Shown here piece by piece: positions 26,063-38,785 of a stretch of DNA of 51,140 nucleotides. Below the pieces are notes generated by a model, which was not told the DNA's origin, did not search any database, and worked only from the letters and a program-made list of their open reading frames with translations. The stretch covers positions 1 to 51,140 of the forward strand of contig KZ538727.1 of NCBI GenBank assembly GCA_000934665.2, in the 5' to 3' direction. The stretch's first letter is position 1. Every line of letters begins with the position of its first letter. Source of the DNA: Catajapyx aquilonaris (lineage: Eukaryota). The position numbers were made by a program, and so were the translations under genes.

Positions 26063-26157
26063 TTATAGAGCGTCTCTGTCCGTGTATAGCTATACAAACG
26101 GTTTTCGGATTCGGATTCAGAGTGACGAAAATATGTTTCAAGGTCAAATTCACCGGG
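26063..26157 (-). repeat. Dispersed repeat B (possibly DINE-1/Helentron-like), inverted relative to 28264-28380
   Basis: Reverse complement TCACTCTGAATCCGAATCCGAAAACCGTTTG matches TCACGCTGAATCCGAACCCGAAACCGTTTG at 28282. Confidence 0.55.
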
Positions 26158-26371
26158 GACACTATTCGCCAAGAACAAGTCTATAGGGTCCTTGGGTTTC
26201 GTGGAAACCAGAAATGAAGCTGACAACATTAGTGTAGGCCTATATGTCATTGTTGTCCAGTTGAAATTTCCCTTGGGCATACAAAAACGTATACTGGAAT
26301 CACGCTCGCATGATTTGCCATTCGTCTTTTAAAATTTATTTTGTGTGTCATATAATTGGATTTGTGCATGT

Positions 26372-26460
26372 GTTTGTCCGCGGTGAGTCATCAGCTAGGT
26401 GCACGACCCTTACAGTGGCAGTGGTGTTAAGAGGCGCCATCTATGTGAGGAGTATGGTAC
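26372..26460 (-). repeat. Dispersed repeat family A copy (internally deleted)
   Basis: GTTTGTCCGCGGTGAGTCATCAGCTAGGTGCA..AGTGGCAGT..GGCGCCATCTATG. Confidence 0.65.
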
Positions 26461-27131
26461 TCGCTAAGAAAGAAGCAGGTTCCCGCCTCTAACCGGTTAC
26501 TCAAACGCGATTTCAAAGTCGATTTAAGTAATGGCGCAATCTGGAATCGAATAGGGGGGGAAAGGCGGAGGTAATTGGCAGAGCAGGTGTAGGAGGGAGG
26601 GAGGGGAGAGGAGGAGGAGGAGGGAAGAAAATGGAGGTAATAAATAGGTTGTGTGTGTGTGGGTTTGAAGGAGGTGGGTGGAATCCGACGAGATTGAGAG
26701 GGATACTTGGAAGGCAATAAGAGTAGCGGGGGGGCTATGGAAATGCCCCGGATAAAGGAAGGAGTGATGGCAGGGCGTGATGGAGGTGGGGAATAGGCAG
26801 ATGGGCCTTTCCTCACTTCCAGAGGACTTTACCTCCCTCCTTTCCCTCCTCTCCTCTCATCCTAGGGAACACCAAAGCCTCCCCTACCAATCCACGCCGC
26901 CAATATCCCAGATGCCTTGCCTTTAGCTTTAAACCCCACCTTCTCTCTCTCTCTCTCTCTTTCTCTTTCTCTCTATTTCTTACACCAAACTCATGCCACG
27001 CCCGCCCAACACAAGGAGGCCCCTCTGAGGAAAATTGTCTCAACCGCACAGCCACTCAAAAGCTCGTTTCAGACACAAACACCCTGTGTTTCATATTTTA
27101 TCTCGAGTCTGTGCCTCTGTTCGTCCAGGGT

Positions 27132-27312
27132 GAGCTTGGCAACGTCGCAACCGTCGGCCATTTTGTTGTCCTCCCCAGCATAGCGTTGGAAATACGTGCA
27201 GCAAAGTACACATCCACTTTACCGTTCTGTAAACTATAGTAAAGTGGGTGTACTTTGCTGCACGTATTTCCAACGCTATGCTGGAGAAGGCGTTTGCGAC
27301 GTTGCCAAGCTC
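27132..27312. mobile_element. Foldback element / MITE
   Basis: Arms GAGCTTGGCAACGTCGCAA..CCAGCATAGCGTTGGAAATACGTGCAGCAAAGTACAC and their reverse complement. Confidence 0.8.
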
Positions 27313-28263
27313 TCTAGAGCTTACCAAGATATCTTACGCATAATGCAGAAAGTTTGTTGGTATTTATGTATGTCAGAGCTACCTAACCGACTTCCAGAGT
27401 GCTGAGAATGCTGAAACTAGGCACACTAACGTCTTACGGGCTGCTGATTCAGGGAAAAGTACGAAAACTGCAATATTTTGAGTCTTAAGTACCCAAAATT
27501 TAGGATTTAGAAAAACGACGTTTGGTGTCTCATTTGCGAAAATTGTAGCATGTATTTCTTTTATTTATCAATCGCCGTGCGAAGAACGGCTCCCCTGATA
27601 GTCATTGATAATTCAAACCCTGAAAGCTGCGCGAACTGTGGTGCGCTATAGTAAAGCAAATTCATCAGGAAAGTGTGCGCGTCATCTAGGTGAGGGACAT
27701 GGCACTCTCTCGTGTGACTTGTACCACTTGCTGAATGTAGGTTAATAACGAAAGGCTTCACGTCCTTAATGATAATTAAGCCTCGGTGCAACTCGAGGTT
27801 GTGTATTTCCTGGCGCCCCCTGATTAATTACGGGGCAAGGATATTAATGTAACCTGTCGTGGCTTACAGTAATCTCTTCCAGGAAAGAGGGTCTCGCGCT
27901 TTAATCTTATCCTTGTCACATTGGCAAAGTTATGCAAAATGTAAGAGCTATCGGAAACACTCTCGGGGCAAAGTTGCATCGATATGATTATTTATTTATT
28001 TGTCGCACTTTCCAACCCTAATCGGTGATTTTTAAAGCACATTTTGAAACAAGATTCGAGCGTGATTCGAGTACACTTTTTTGATTGGGAAGTGGGAAAT
28101 GAGGCTGATCAACCCGATACGATACGACATGGTGCGATTCTAATGGTGAAACAATGACAGTGATTGTTGTCAGTCTCATTTCCCGTTGCCAAGAACCCCC
28201 ATTTAATCGGTAATCTGCCTGTAAATAATTGACATTGGCGGATAACCGAAAGTGGCGGGTCAC

Positions 28264-28380
28264 ACCGGAAGTTGACCATGATCACGCTGAATCCGAACCC
28301 GAAACCGTTTGTCGCTATCTCTTGCGGTTTAGGCCCTGATACCTGTCCACAGACAGACGGACAGAGTGGTTCTATAATAC
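28264..28380 (+). repeat. Dispersed repeat B (possibly DINE-1/Helentron-like)
   Basis: Matches 26063-26157; contains a CAGACAGACGGACAGA micro-repeat as seen in HINE/DINE-1-like elements. Confidence 0.55.
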
Positions 28381-30070
28381 GGTACTTTTTTGATGAGAAA
28401 ACGTCTGAAAGGATTTTTTTGTGCAATTTTATGGCAAAAATGAGCATCTGACATTATTAGAAATTTCCTACTGAATGTTCACGGTTAATAACGATCCTTC
28501 GCTAACTGAAACGGACACTTGTATTGGAACAACACTGCAGATGGTTTAACTGACGGTGAATGGTCCAACTGATAATACTGTCAGTTTAGATTACGGCTAG
28601 ATCAGAGATGCAAACACCAATTTTTAGCTACACAACGAACGACACACGTTTACACAAAAATCGTCGGGGTCATGTTGAAACATCATGTTTGCCATATTGG
28701 ACCAAGCTCATCCATAATCTCTCCTGACATGGAGCACAAGAAGTGGAGATCGTTGTACAAGCAAAAAAATAGAGTGTAGAGCGATATTTCATATGAGTTC
28801 CAGCAGGCCATGTTTGCTCATTGCAGTAATAAATTAGGAGGGGGGAGGTCCGAGGCACACATGTCACATGGTTTGGTTATTAAGTGCAATGAAAGCAAGA
28901 CCAGTAGTTGTTTTCCCAACTGTTGGAGCTGTCCTCTCCAAAAACGCGGATATGAAAAACTACAATGGCACAAATCAATGTACCGGCCGGTTAATTGATA
29001 GGCATACCAACTCTCNNNNNCCCCCCCCCCCCAAATAGGTCGCAGTCATATCCTATCTAGCTGGAAAAAAAAGAGAGAATTCGTTTAATTAAACTACTCG
29101 TTATGGTTGCTATGAATCAATCCTCGGGTATTGAGTTCCGGTGTTTCTTTCAATTAACCAAATTGATTTTATCGGACTTGAATATCGAAATAATGGGATA
29201 CCATGTCGTTTTTTTTTTGTTGCCAGAACGGAAGTTGGATGAAATAATTAGAATCGTCAGTTTGTTAACTTTGTCTTTTCGATGCCACAAGGTGTGTCAA
29301 AAAGTGTGGACAAAATGCAGGTTGTTTCATTGTTCGGACAAACGTCTCTCTATACGTTAAGTAATTTCAGATTAAGGGCCACAGCTGTAAATAAATAAAT
29401 AAACCAATTCATTAATTAATGAAGAAGCTGTTACGTCCAAATTATGTAAGTATCCTGATTAAAGTGACCCACAGTACCACTGAGGCCATAGTTTCTCTTC
29501 ATCATTCGTGATCAGTAAGTACAGGGAGCATCTTTTGTCATTATTAGGAGTAAAGTAAGAATCCGGATTCCTAATTACTGCTCAGGTCCCATTGTGGAAC
29601 ATTTTTTTACCGAAGAAATATTTCACTTATCCTACCTTTCCTCTCTTCTTCTTCTTTCTTTTTTTTTCTTTTTAAACATTCCCGCGATGCATCATGTTTT
29701 GCGTATTTTTCTGCCTGATTTATGAGGCATCGCCTTGCTTGTCGCAGAACAGCAATAACTTATGATTACAGACTTTTTTTTCGCTCTTTCTCCCAAGTTC
29801 CTTTCTTCGGTTCGAAAAGTAAGTAAAAACTTTTAGCTAATAAGTTGTAGGGGCTTCCAAACCTTAAGGGGGCCGTCACTTCAGCAGCCTTCAGATTTTG
29901 CCATATGTACGAATGAATAACGACTATTACGAATGTCATTTAGACTTTTAGAGCGATCCTACCGCAACTCTTCATATTTGCCCGCGATCTACGCATGCGC
30001 AGTGAGTGGAGGCAGCGCCTCTGGTGGGTGGAAGGGGGAGCTATCCATTCGCCTTCGCCCTAGAATTCTA

Positions 30071-30289
30071 GGGCCGAATTCAGAGAGGTTGCTTAACGTA
30101 AACGCGCCCGATTAAATCCTTTAGTCAGCCTCGATTAGCAAATTTAATCAACCTGCTAATACAAAGACCGTGATTAGCGCTAAGCGCCCCCTAATCGCAC
30201 TTGCTAGCACTTTTAAATTTGCTAATCGAGGATGACTAAAGGATTTAATCGGGCGCGATTACGTTAAGCAACCTCTCTGAATTCGGCCC
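30071..30289. mobile_element. MITE with ~75-bp TIRs (GGGCCGAATTCAGAGAGG; PIF/Harbinger-like terminus, TSD not resolved)
   Basis: Near-perfect inverted repeat; the ORF track shows the same peptide LGPNSERLLNV on both strands. Confidence 0.85.
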
Positions 30290-30340
30290 CAAGTTATTAT
30301 TCAAAAGGGACAATGGGATAAATCCTATAGCCTTCAGTAT

Positions 30341-30500
30341 CAGAGTTTGTGTCCGGGCCTCTCTTTGTCCGGAGTGAGTCATCATCTCAGCTAGGTGCAT
30401 GTAGTACTGAACCACTACCATTCGCACGACCCTGAGAGTGGCAGTAGTGTGCCATTGGTGTGAGGGATGTGGTACTAGGGCAGTGTTGCCAAGTTTTGCT
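30341..30500 (-). repeat. Dispersed repeat family A copy
   Basis: CAGCTAGGTGCATGTAGTACT..CTGAGAGTGGCAGTAGTGTGC..CAGTGTTGCCAAG. Confidence 0.75.
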
Positions 30501-31244
30501 CCAAACTGCAAATGGCACGTATTTCCAACCGTAGCTGCGTCGTCTGGATGCGCAGTAGACTGAATTCCCTTATGGCGATGACATTACTATTCCGACCTGC
30601 AGGTATAGGAGAAAAGGTAGCTTTTCCCCCCCTCGGGTGTGATGGATCCTACGGGGCGAAATAATAGGGTGGGTTAAAGAGGGGGTGGCGGGGGTATGCA
30701 AAGGGGGAGGGGTGATCATGAGTGGGGTGGTTGGTGGTCCCCGGAGCCTGGTCTGCGCCCAATTCCCCCACCACCACCACCAGCCAGGCCCCCCCTGCCA
30801 TTCAATCAGGGAGGTCGGCCGCAAAGTTGGTCGCCATTTGCATCCAAACGCCCCCCTCGCGCAACGCTTCCAACCCAATCCTTTGATGGGCTATGGGGAA
30901 AAAGGTGCGCCATCTTATCATATAATGGATTACTCAGCCTCCTCCTCCTCAGCCTCTCCTTTCCTCTTATGCCTTTTTATGCTCGCCCGACTTATGCGAT
31001 GGGGGCTCAACCCTCAAATTGGGACGAGCTGATCAGCTCCCGATTTTGAGAGGAAAATTCTCCATTTTGCAGGTTGGCGACGCATTTGCCCGCCATTTTG
31101 CGGGATGACGCATTAGCAGCAGCCATTTTGGTGTCATGCTCGCCCCTTTTTTATTACGAACATATCAACAGAATGCAAGGAGATACTGTATATTTAAGAC
31201 TGGAGTAATATTGGAAGAGAAATAAGCATATGAACGTAGTGGCC

Positions 31245-31620
31245 CACGATATTCGACATATCGAACTTTCGATCAGCATGTCGATATATCGAACTTCGTT
31301 CAAACAGTCGATATATCGAACATGCTACCTGCGTATCGATATATTGGACGCGGCATAAACATCGCTACCGGTACATCGAACATCCTGTCTATTTCGATAT
31401 ATCGAATATGACTGTCGATGTGTCAATATTTGACGGATGATTTGATTTGTCAACGATTCTGTCGATATTTTGCATAATAAGATCGACATTTTAAAATATT
31501 GTATTGTTGATATGTTTTAATGTTTGTCAGGATATTTATTGATTTTTTTCGATATTAGGTTGAAATATATCGAACACAATTCGATATTTATGCAATTGAT
31601 GTGTAATCACATTGATATCG
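31245..31620. repeat. Degenerate TCGATATATCGAAC minisatellite
   Basis: Repeated TCGATAT/ATATCGAAC units related to the 32385-32880 array. Confidence 0.8.
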
Positions 31621-32384
31621 CTCTCAATGATGCGTCAATTCCGATCCTATGCGCAATACAAAATCGTTCATAATGCTTTTATGTCTGTCCCAACGTGTGA
31701 ACGGGCTTGTCCTGCCCGGATCATTCCGGCACGTTCTGGTCCATTCTGGTCTTCCTCAGGTGTTTCAGGCGCATAACTCCCATTCCTTTTATTCCCCTCA
31801 GCCTATCCGATTGGTAAAATAGGGAAAGAAGTGAAGCGAGATTGTAAGAAAGGGTGGAGGACTATAGAGAGTCCTGTGAGCAAAATCCAATGCTGGGAAT
31901 GTGACTTGTGTGAGAGCAGGCCGAGTAGGTGAGGTCTGGATGAGTGGAAATGAGTTAGGCAAATGGAAGAGCTGATTGTGAAATGCGACTTTGGGACTAG
32001 GGGGGGATGGGAAGGGAAAGAGGGGAGGGGGAGAGAGAACAGAGTAAATAGTGGCCGGGCTCGGAATCCACTCAGAAATCACAACGCCGACTTGGACTAA
32101 CTTTGAAGTCGGGGGGGATCGGGGCCTGAATCCTTAAGAAGGGAGAGAGGAGGAGGAGGACGACCGGATCTGCTGCTGGGCCACCCCCCACTGGCGCCGG
32201 CGACGTCGATCCACGCCGGAGACGACGACGACACGCTTGGCTTCGGCCAGGAACCAGGGCTGTTCTTGCAGAATTCCGAATTCCCAGGTATATTTTCAGA
32301 CCTCACCTGAAGGGAAGGACTTTCCTAGTTCCTATCCTCTACCAACACTGAAACGTGACAACGTCGCAGGTCTCAGAGGTGTTT

Positions 32385-32880
32385 TCGATATATCGAACAT
32401 GCTATCGGTATTTTGAGTATCGAATTCTATAACTAAACATTGATATATCGCATATGATATCGATATTTTATGACCATCTACTTTCATAATTGCCCACCAA
32501 TATATCAAACATGTTATCGATATATTGAACGTCGAAGTTCACACATGCATATCGATATATTGAACATCGAAGTTCACACATGCATATCGATATATTGAAC
32601 ATCGAAGTTCACACATGCATATCGATATATTGAACATCGAAGTTCACACATGCATATCGATATATTGAACATCGAAGTTCACACATGCATATCGATATAT
32701 TGAACATCGAAGTTCACACATGCATATCGATATATTGAATATCGAAGTCCTTACATGCATATCGATATATCGAACCTGGTATCGATATTTTGAATATCGA
32801 ATTTCACGAGTACACATCGATGCATCGAATATAATATCGATACTCAGTTCTCGAAGTCGATTTGAGATATATCGATAGCA
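32385..32880. repeat. 35-bp tandem repeat (ATCGATATATTGAACATCGAAGTTCACACATGCAT), 7 full units 32516-32760 with degenerate flanks
   Basis: Units start at 32516, 32551, 32586, 32621, 32656, 32691, 32726. Confidence 0.95.
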
Positions 32881-35800
32881 GTGTGTTGCCAGATGATTGA
32901 GCCACTGTCGTCATTATTTTGCAGGAGATGACATACAGTGTTGCCAGACTGATCATCAGGGATGGTTGAGCTAGTGGCGTCATTTGTGGCAATCGGTTTG
33001 CAGTGTTGCCAGATTTGGATGAAGATGGCGATGTTGCCGTGACTTGAGCGACGTTATAAGGAAATAATTCTGGTGATGTGGAAGAGCAAATTTGGAGCTA
33101 GCCAGAGTGGGTGGTGGTTTGGTTGAGGGTTGTGGAGGGGGGTTGGGATGGGGAGGTGATGGGAGAGTGGGGGGAGGTCCCAGTGCGCCCCCTTTGGACC
33201 CAAACCGAATTAAAATGAAAATGCGTTCGGATTGGCCTCGCCTTGTGAATGCATTAAACTCGGGATGCGCTCCTCGCCGCCTTCAATTACCTGCATAATT
33301 CGGTTAGTTTTGCTCCATGGACTTTTCCTCTCCTGATTTTTGGCTCCGCGGTTTACCCACCTCCATTTCCCCCGGCCCACCTACAATCTTGCCAATGATG
33401 ACACTCCGGAAACGACCTAAGGGACGGGGCAGGAGGAAACCTTTCATATTTCTACCGATCACCCCCTCGGTTACACCAACCTCTTTAACTCGCGGTTAAG
33501 AGCTAACTCTCTTATAAACAGACAAAAATCGGGCTTTGTAGTACATTGATTATTATTCCTACTTATACAGAAGGAACTTTGGTTTCGAGAGGATAGATTT
33601 CGTTTATTAGTCACTCTTATTGGAAAAGTTTTTCTTTTTGTATCGATAATCAATATGCAGGATGGAATACACAGGGTGACATCTTCCTCCATGATGCTAA
33701 AAGTTTGCACACCAATTTCTTCTCTGGAACCGTATATTGTGCGAGTGCCATTAAAGTTACCCCCTGGCTTTGAAACAGTCTTATTGACATACCGAAGGAT
33801 AATCCTTCCTTCCTTATTGAGCATAATCCTATTCGAAACTTGTAATTGGCGACTACAGGGTGAGTCAGAAATGTGCATGTGTGCTAACACATACTGGTTG
33901 TTGTGCTTAAATGGCAAAAATAACGGGCTTCATAAGTAGGCGCCATTTAAACAGGCTAACCTGGCCCAAATTTGAGAGAGGAATGGGACACCCTGTGAAT
34001 TGGCCAGACCCGAAAATACTTCCTTTTCCTGAGGCCAACTTTGACCATAAAACGTAGGGGACACGAGGATGCTTTCAGAACTAAACAGGCCCAGTTGTAT
34101 AGCTTCCCTCCCACTTACTTTTTCCCCCCCTCACCCTATCCTTTTCCATTCCCCTTTCCATCTTGATTTGAGGACTATATCACACCCCCGCAAGCACTGT
34201 CTCTTTTTTTTTTGGTCCTCCAGTCCACTTCAGGCCAGACATGGAATGTACATTTCCGTTTCCAGCACCCTCGTAATCATTACTGATAGTCCATTGATTT
34301 GGATAAGTACATCTTGTAATTAAGGCCAGTTCATCTTAATTTTTTTCTCATTAAAAACCTGCAGCGACCAATGTGTCATCTTCAGCTAATTTTGATGGCT
34401 CCAACTATTTATTATGAAATGGTTAAAGCGTTACTATGAAGCAGTTCGGCGCTTCTAAATGAAAAGAAAGGGTTGAATAGGAACACACCTGATTGTTTGG
34501 AATCCTCTTGGGGAATAAAATTCCAGGCAGCGAATCGTCCTGTTGCGACTTTTAGCAATCAAGCTAAATCGGGAGTGAAAAGTGGAACAATGGGCAGTGG
34601 AGCACACCCTCCCCTAGCAGCATCCTCATTAGAGCTGGCCAACACTGCAGCTCCCAATCATTGGTCGCCATATTTTCATCATAAAAGGTGGGGGAGCAAC
34701 TTGTGCGGTTCTGCTCTCTTAATGGGGACGACTGCGAATTCAAGTGGGCTTGCCAACAAAAAAAAAAAGGGGGGGGGGGGTTAGCCTGGACTCTGAATAA
34801 CAGTCGCCGGTTCCGGACACAAAAACGTGGCTCTTGTCTCGCCCCATGCGGACCCTTACAAATCACAAGTTGCACTGCACGCAGCTTGCTTTCAACGCCC
34901 GGTATACAGGCTGTTTCGTAATTATTCGCACAAACTTCTTCTATGAGCCTGTGTGGACCAGCGGATCACTTTATCTAGAGGTGTCAAATGTTTTTTTAAA
35001 AAGAGTCTAAATGCCCAAAATTTAGGGGGTTACTCGGTCTTCTATATGTATAAAAGGCCGAGAATAGCGGCGATCACAGTTATCCGCTATTTGGCGAGAA
35101 GGCGGCTTGAGCATTAGAGAATCACGTCACGATCGGCAGCCCCGTCACCTCTGGAGACAGCAGGTCTTCCCAGGCCGACAACCAACCCTGGTGGCCAAAA
35201 AACCTCTCCACCGCCNCCGCACGTCAAGACTTCCACCCCCCCCCTCCCCTTTCCCTGGCCCCTGTCGCCGATTTGCAGAATTTATCAAGTTATCAATTTA
35301 CCCGGAATGGGCGGAATGAACGGTGGAGCTGAATAATTCATGGGCTGGGAGGCCGCCGCGTCCTTATGCATGCTTGATGAGGGGAGAAGACACGCTGCTG
35401 CCTGCCGCCCAAGAGAGGAACACACACACACAGAAGAGTCAGTCAGTCAGTCAGTCAAGTTGCTGCGGTTGCTGGGGGTGGGAAAGTGCAGCAACTTGAC
35501 GGGATCAAAACTACATGGCCACGTATTGGAGCTAGCTGCTTTAGCAACACCACCACCACCACCACCACCACCACCAACCGCTTGGTCTGCATTAATTCAG
35601 GCCCAGACACCCGAGGAAGCATCGCATGTCGCTCAAACTTTGCGGACGACGCGACCCGCTGCGGGTTTACGTCACTCACTCGGCGGAATTTGAGGTGGTA
35701 TACCAAGTTGGAAGTGCGGAGAAAATTATGGGAGAAGGGGGGAGACACCTTTTTAGTGGATCTAACAGTCTGTTAAGTTGACAGTGGGGAATTCACTTAG

Positions 35801-36043
35801 GGGGCGTACAGCCAAAAGATAGAGAGCCTACGACACTTCCATCGCTTCGGGGTGGTTAGGTTAGGTTGTAACATCATCATATACGTAATATAGATTTCAC
35901 AATACTTGACTCTACCCTGTAAACAAGTTGACTCGTCACCTATAGCTAGCTAATTAGTGTGGGTAAGTATGGAAAGTATGGGTAGTAGTTATCATAGCTT
36001 TCACTTTCCCCGTTCAACAATTAGAGGGAGGAGTAGTGGTGGA

Positions 36044-36225
36044 CTTCGTCCGCGCTGTGACTCATCACCAACGTGCAGGTAGTACTACTACGCTCTGGGA
36101 GTGGCAGGAGTGTGCAGAGGGAGAGCCTATGCGTCAACTGCTATAGTGCCTTATCGTACTATGTCCAAAAGTGGAGGGTGGGTCAAGCAGTGTTGCCAAA
36201 AAATTTGGCAATGGGTGCGCTACTA
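36044..36225 (-). repeat. Dispersed repeat family A copy
   Basis: GTGCAGGTAGTACTAC..GAGTGGCAGGAGTGTGCAGAGGGAG..CAGTGTTGCCA. Confidence 0.7.
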
Positions 36226-36689
36226 TAGTTAGGTTAGGTTATTATTGGTTATAGGTGCCTGATGTATCGAATGGAATGCGAGCGTTTATAGCCCGGTCTT
36301 ATCGAGGCCCTAGCTCGATACCTTTTCGGCGTTAATTTCCTGGACACAAGTATAGTGAGGCTCGGCTTTTGAATCCGGTGTTAGGCGATGACACGCGTCA
36401 CCCACCCGTGGCGATAAAGTCCGAATTTATAACGAGATAAAGAAGGGGCCAAGAACGGACAGACTCCGAGTCGCATCACACGCGACTCCCTCTCCTAGGC
36501 CTAACTCTAATTGGCCGAAAAAGGGCCATTCACTTATTATCTCGCTACACAAATAGCTCCGATGGGGGGAGGAGGGCTCTATCTGAAGAAATCAAAATAA
36601 TTGATCCGCCTGATGAGACTCGTTTTGTCAGTTACTTTTAGTCTCGTTCTATCCTTACTCTGTACAGGGTGTACCCAAAAGTCTTATAC

Positions 36690-37130
36690 AAATCGCTGCT
36701 AGTACTTCAGTAACCGCTATACAAAGTAGCCGTGACAAATCGCACATAAGTTTTTTTAAACTGTCACTTAAAAGAACAGTAAGTCACTGTTAGATATCCC
36801 CCACAAGTTATTTTAACTGCTACGTTAACATGCCTGTTAGATATAGCCCAGCAATTCCACCTTATGTAAAATAACAGTTACTCTGAGATATCATATGTGG
36901 CTATTTAACTGCTACCTAAAAATAGATGCTGTTAGACATCACAACAACAATTTTAACTGTTACTTACGTAACAATAATTGCTTTCAAATGTTTGCCAGAA
37001 GATATTGTAACTGTTATTGAAATAATAGCTTCTGCTAGACATCACCAGTAACTATTTTAACTTAAAATAACAGGTACTCTTAGATGTCGCCAGGCAGTTA
37101 TTGTAACTCATACTTAAAATAACGGCGATT
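36690..37130. repeat. Degenerate minisatellite (TTTTAACTG.TAC / TGTTAGA.ATC) downstream of a TACAGGGTG terminus at 36662
   Basis: Recurring motifs with loose periodicity. Confidence 0.65.
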
Positions 37131-37699
37131 TTCACACATCCCGGCATTTTCATTTTTTTTTGCGCCAAGGTTTATCCAGTGAGTGACTCTGAACGGACTA
37201 GTTATATGGGAATAGCCTGTGTTTAAAGCAGGCGTCAGTTTTATGGCAGGGGTATTTACACTGTTTGCTTTGCAAATGTTTTAACTGAGCTGAAAAGGCC
37301 GTCGCGGGGAATAATTCCCTGGCGATGATGCCCTTTCATCACTCTATTCATTAGCAGCTCGTGGGGGGCGACTATCCTTAATTGATTACTTGCCTCCCGA
37401 CACAACTAAATAGCATTATTTTGGGACCCAAGCATCGTACTAGTCTCTCTTTACTGCCGTTGAGGGGGAGGCCGTTAAAAAAAAAGGCCAGTTTGATGGT
37501 CGAGAACGAAGAGTGCTAATTGGCTTGTATAGAAAAATTACGTCTGCTTGATGGCTGCAATTAGAGTCTTTTACTGGGGGCTAAAAATCAAATTGTTATG
37601 ACGCTACTGCTCATACTTGTTCTTTCCCGATAACATTTTCGGGACGTTCATCGCTTATTTATCCCCCTGTGTTATTGCACGTTATTGTCATTTTAGTCG

Positions 37700-38110
37700 C
37701 GATCAAAAATAGCTCTTTACAATAATATTATGGCTTTAGCGATCAACGTAGCTGCTAAAAATGTCAGTGTTATTTTAGGCGTGATCATAAATAACGCTGT
37801 ACAATTGTCATCATTTTTGTCACTAACACAGCTGCTACCTTATTTCTATTTTACCTGCAATCATAAATGGCGCTTTTCAATTGTGAAATATTTTTGCAAT
37901 CAACGTAGCTGCTCAAAGATTTTAAATGTTATTTTTAAGGCCTGATCATAAATAGCGCTGTGTGATTATTTTTATCAATAACATAGCTGCTATTCAAATT
38001 ACGTTATTTCTATTTTTAGCTGCGATCATAAATCGCGCTTAATACTGTTGCGACCATTTTTGTCACCAACATAACTGCTAGTATTAGTTGGAAAATCGCT
38101 AACTGCTCTT
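37700..38110. repeat. Degenerate tandem repeat (GATCATAAAT / TAGCTGCTA)
   Basis: Recurring motifs with loose periodicity. Confidence 0.65.
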
Positions 38111-38630
38111 CTGGACTTCCCGGATGTAATTTGACCCCCGTCTTCAGCGCTATTCTTAGCGTGATCCGGATATATTTCCCAGTGTGGATGCAGTGGTTGT
38201 GACCAAGTAGTGCAATGGGTGTGTAGTAGTCTCCTCTGGCTCCTGGATGGAGCTAGGGGGGGCGAAGCGGGCAAAACTAATTAAAGCGGAGGCAAGGCAA
38301 GCGTAACGCGCCTTTCCAAATTCGCAATCTCTCATCTGCTATTTCGATAACGATGATTGGCACCCCAGAAGCCCCCCTTTCCATTATTCTAGGGAGTTGT
38401 TGGGCTCATGTCAGCCTCTCTGCTGCAAGCTTGCCTCTGCCACTACCACTCCCTGCCCCAACACCCAAGCCCCCCACAGCCTGACAACCTTTATCAAATC
38501 CATTTAGGCTCGCCTTCCTCATTGGCCGATGCCATCTCTGCTGCTCATATTATCTTACACCGGAAAACATCACCCCATAGATTAGATCGTCCCCTATCCT
38601 CCCCCCCAAAAATATCCATTGTTTAACCCA

Positions 38631-38785
38631 CACTTGGCAACACTAGCTTACTTCGCTCATAGATGGCGCATCCTCCATCTCTGCACACTATACTGCCACT
38701 CTCAGGGTCTGGCGAGGAAAATCAGTACTACATGCACCTAGCTGAGCCTGGACAGAGTCACAGACTGTGTCAATTATACATACGA
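38631..38785 (+). repeat. Dispersed repeat family A copy
   Basis: TTGGCAACACT..CATAGATGGCGCATCCTCC..CTGCCACTCTCAG..TACTACATGCACCTAGCTGA. Confidence 0.8.

Noticed and set aside
32516..32770. CRISPR-like regular 35-bp repeats (also the 26-bp and 72-bp arrays)
   Set aside because: Units are contiguous with no unique spacers, there are no cas genes, and the context is eukaryotic.
36044..36070. Hammerhead-like core in repeat family A (minus strand TGATGAGTC...GACGAAG)
   Set aside because: No copy has both CUGAUGA and GAAA with formable stems I and III; the TGASTCA motif explains the resemblance.
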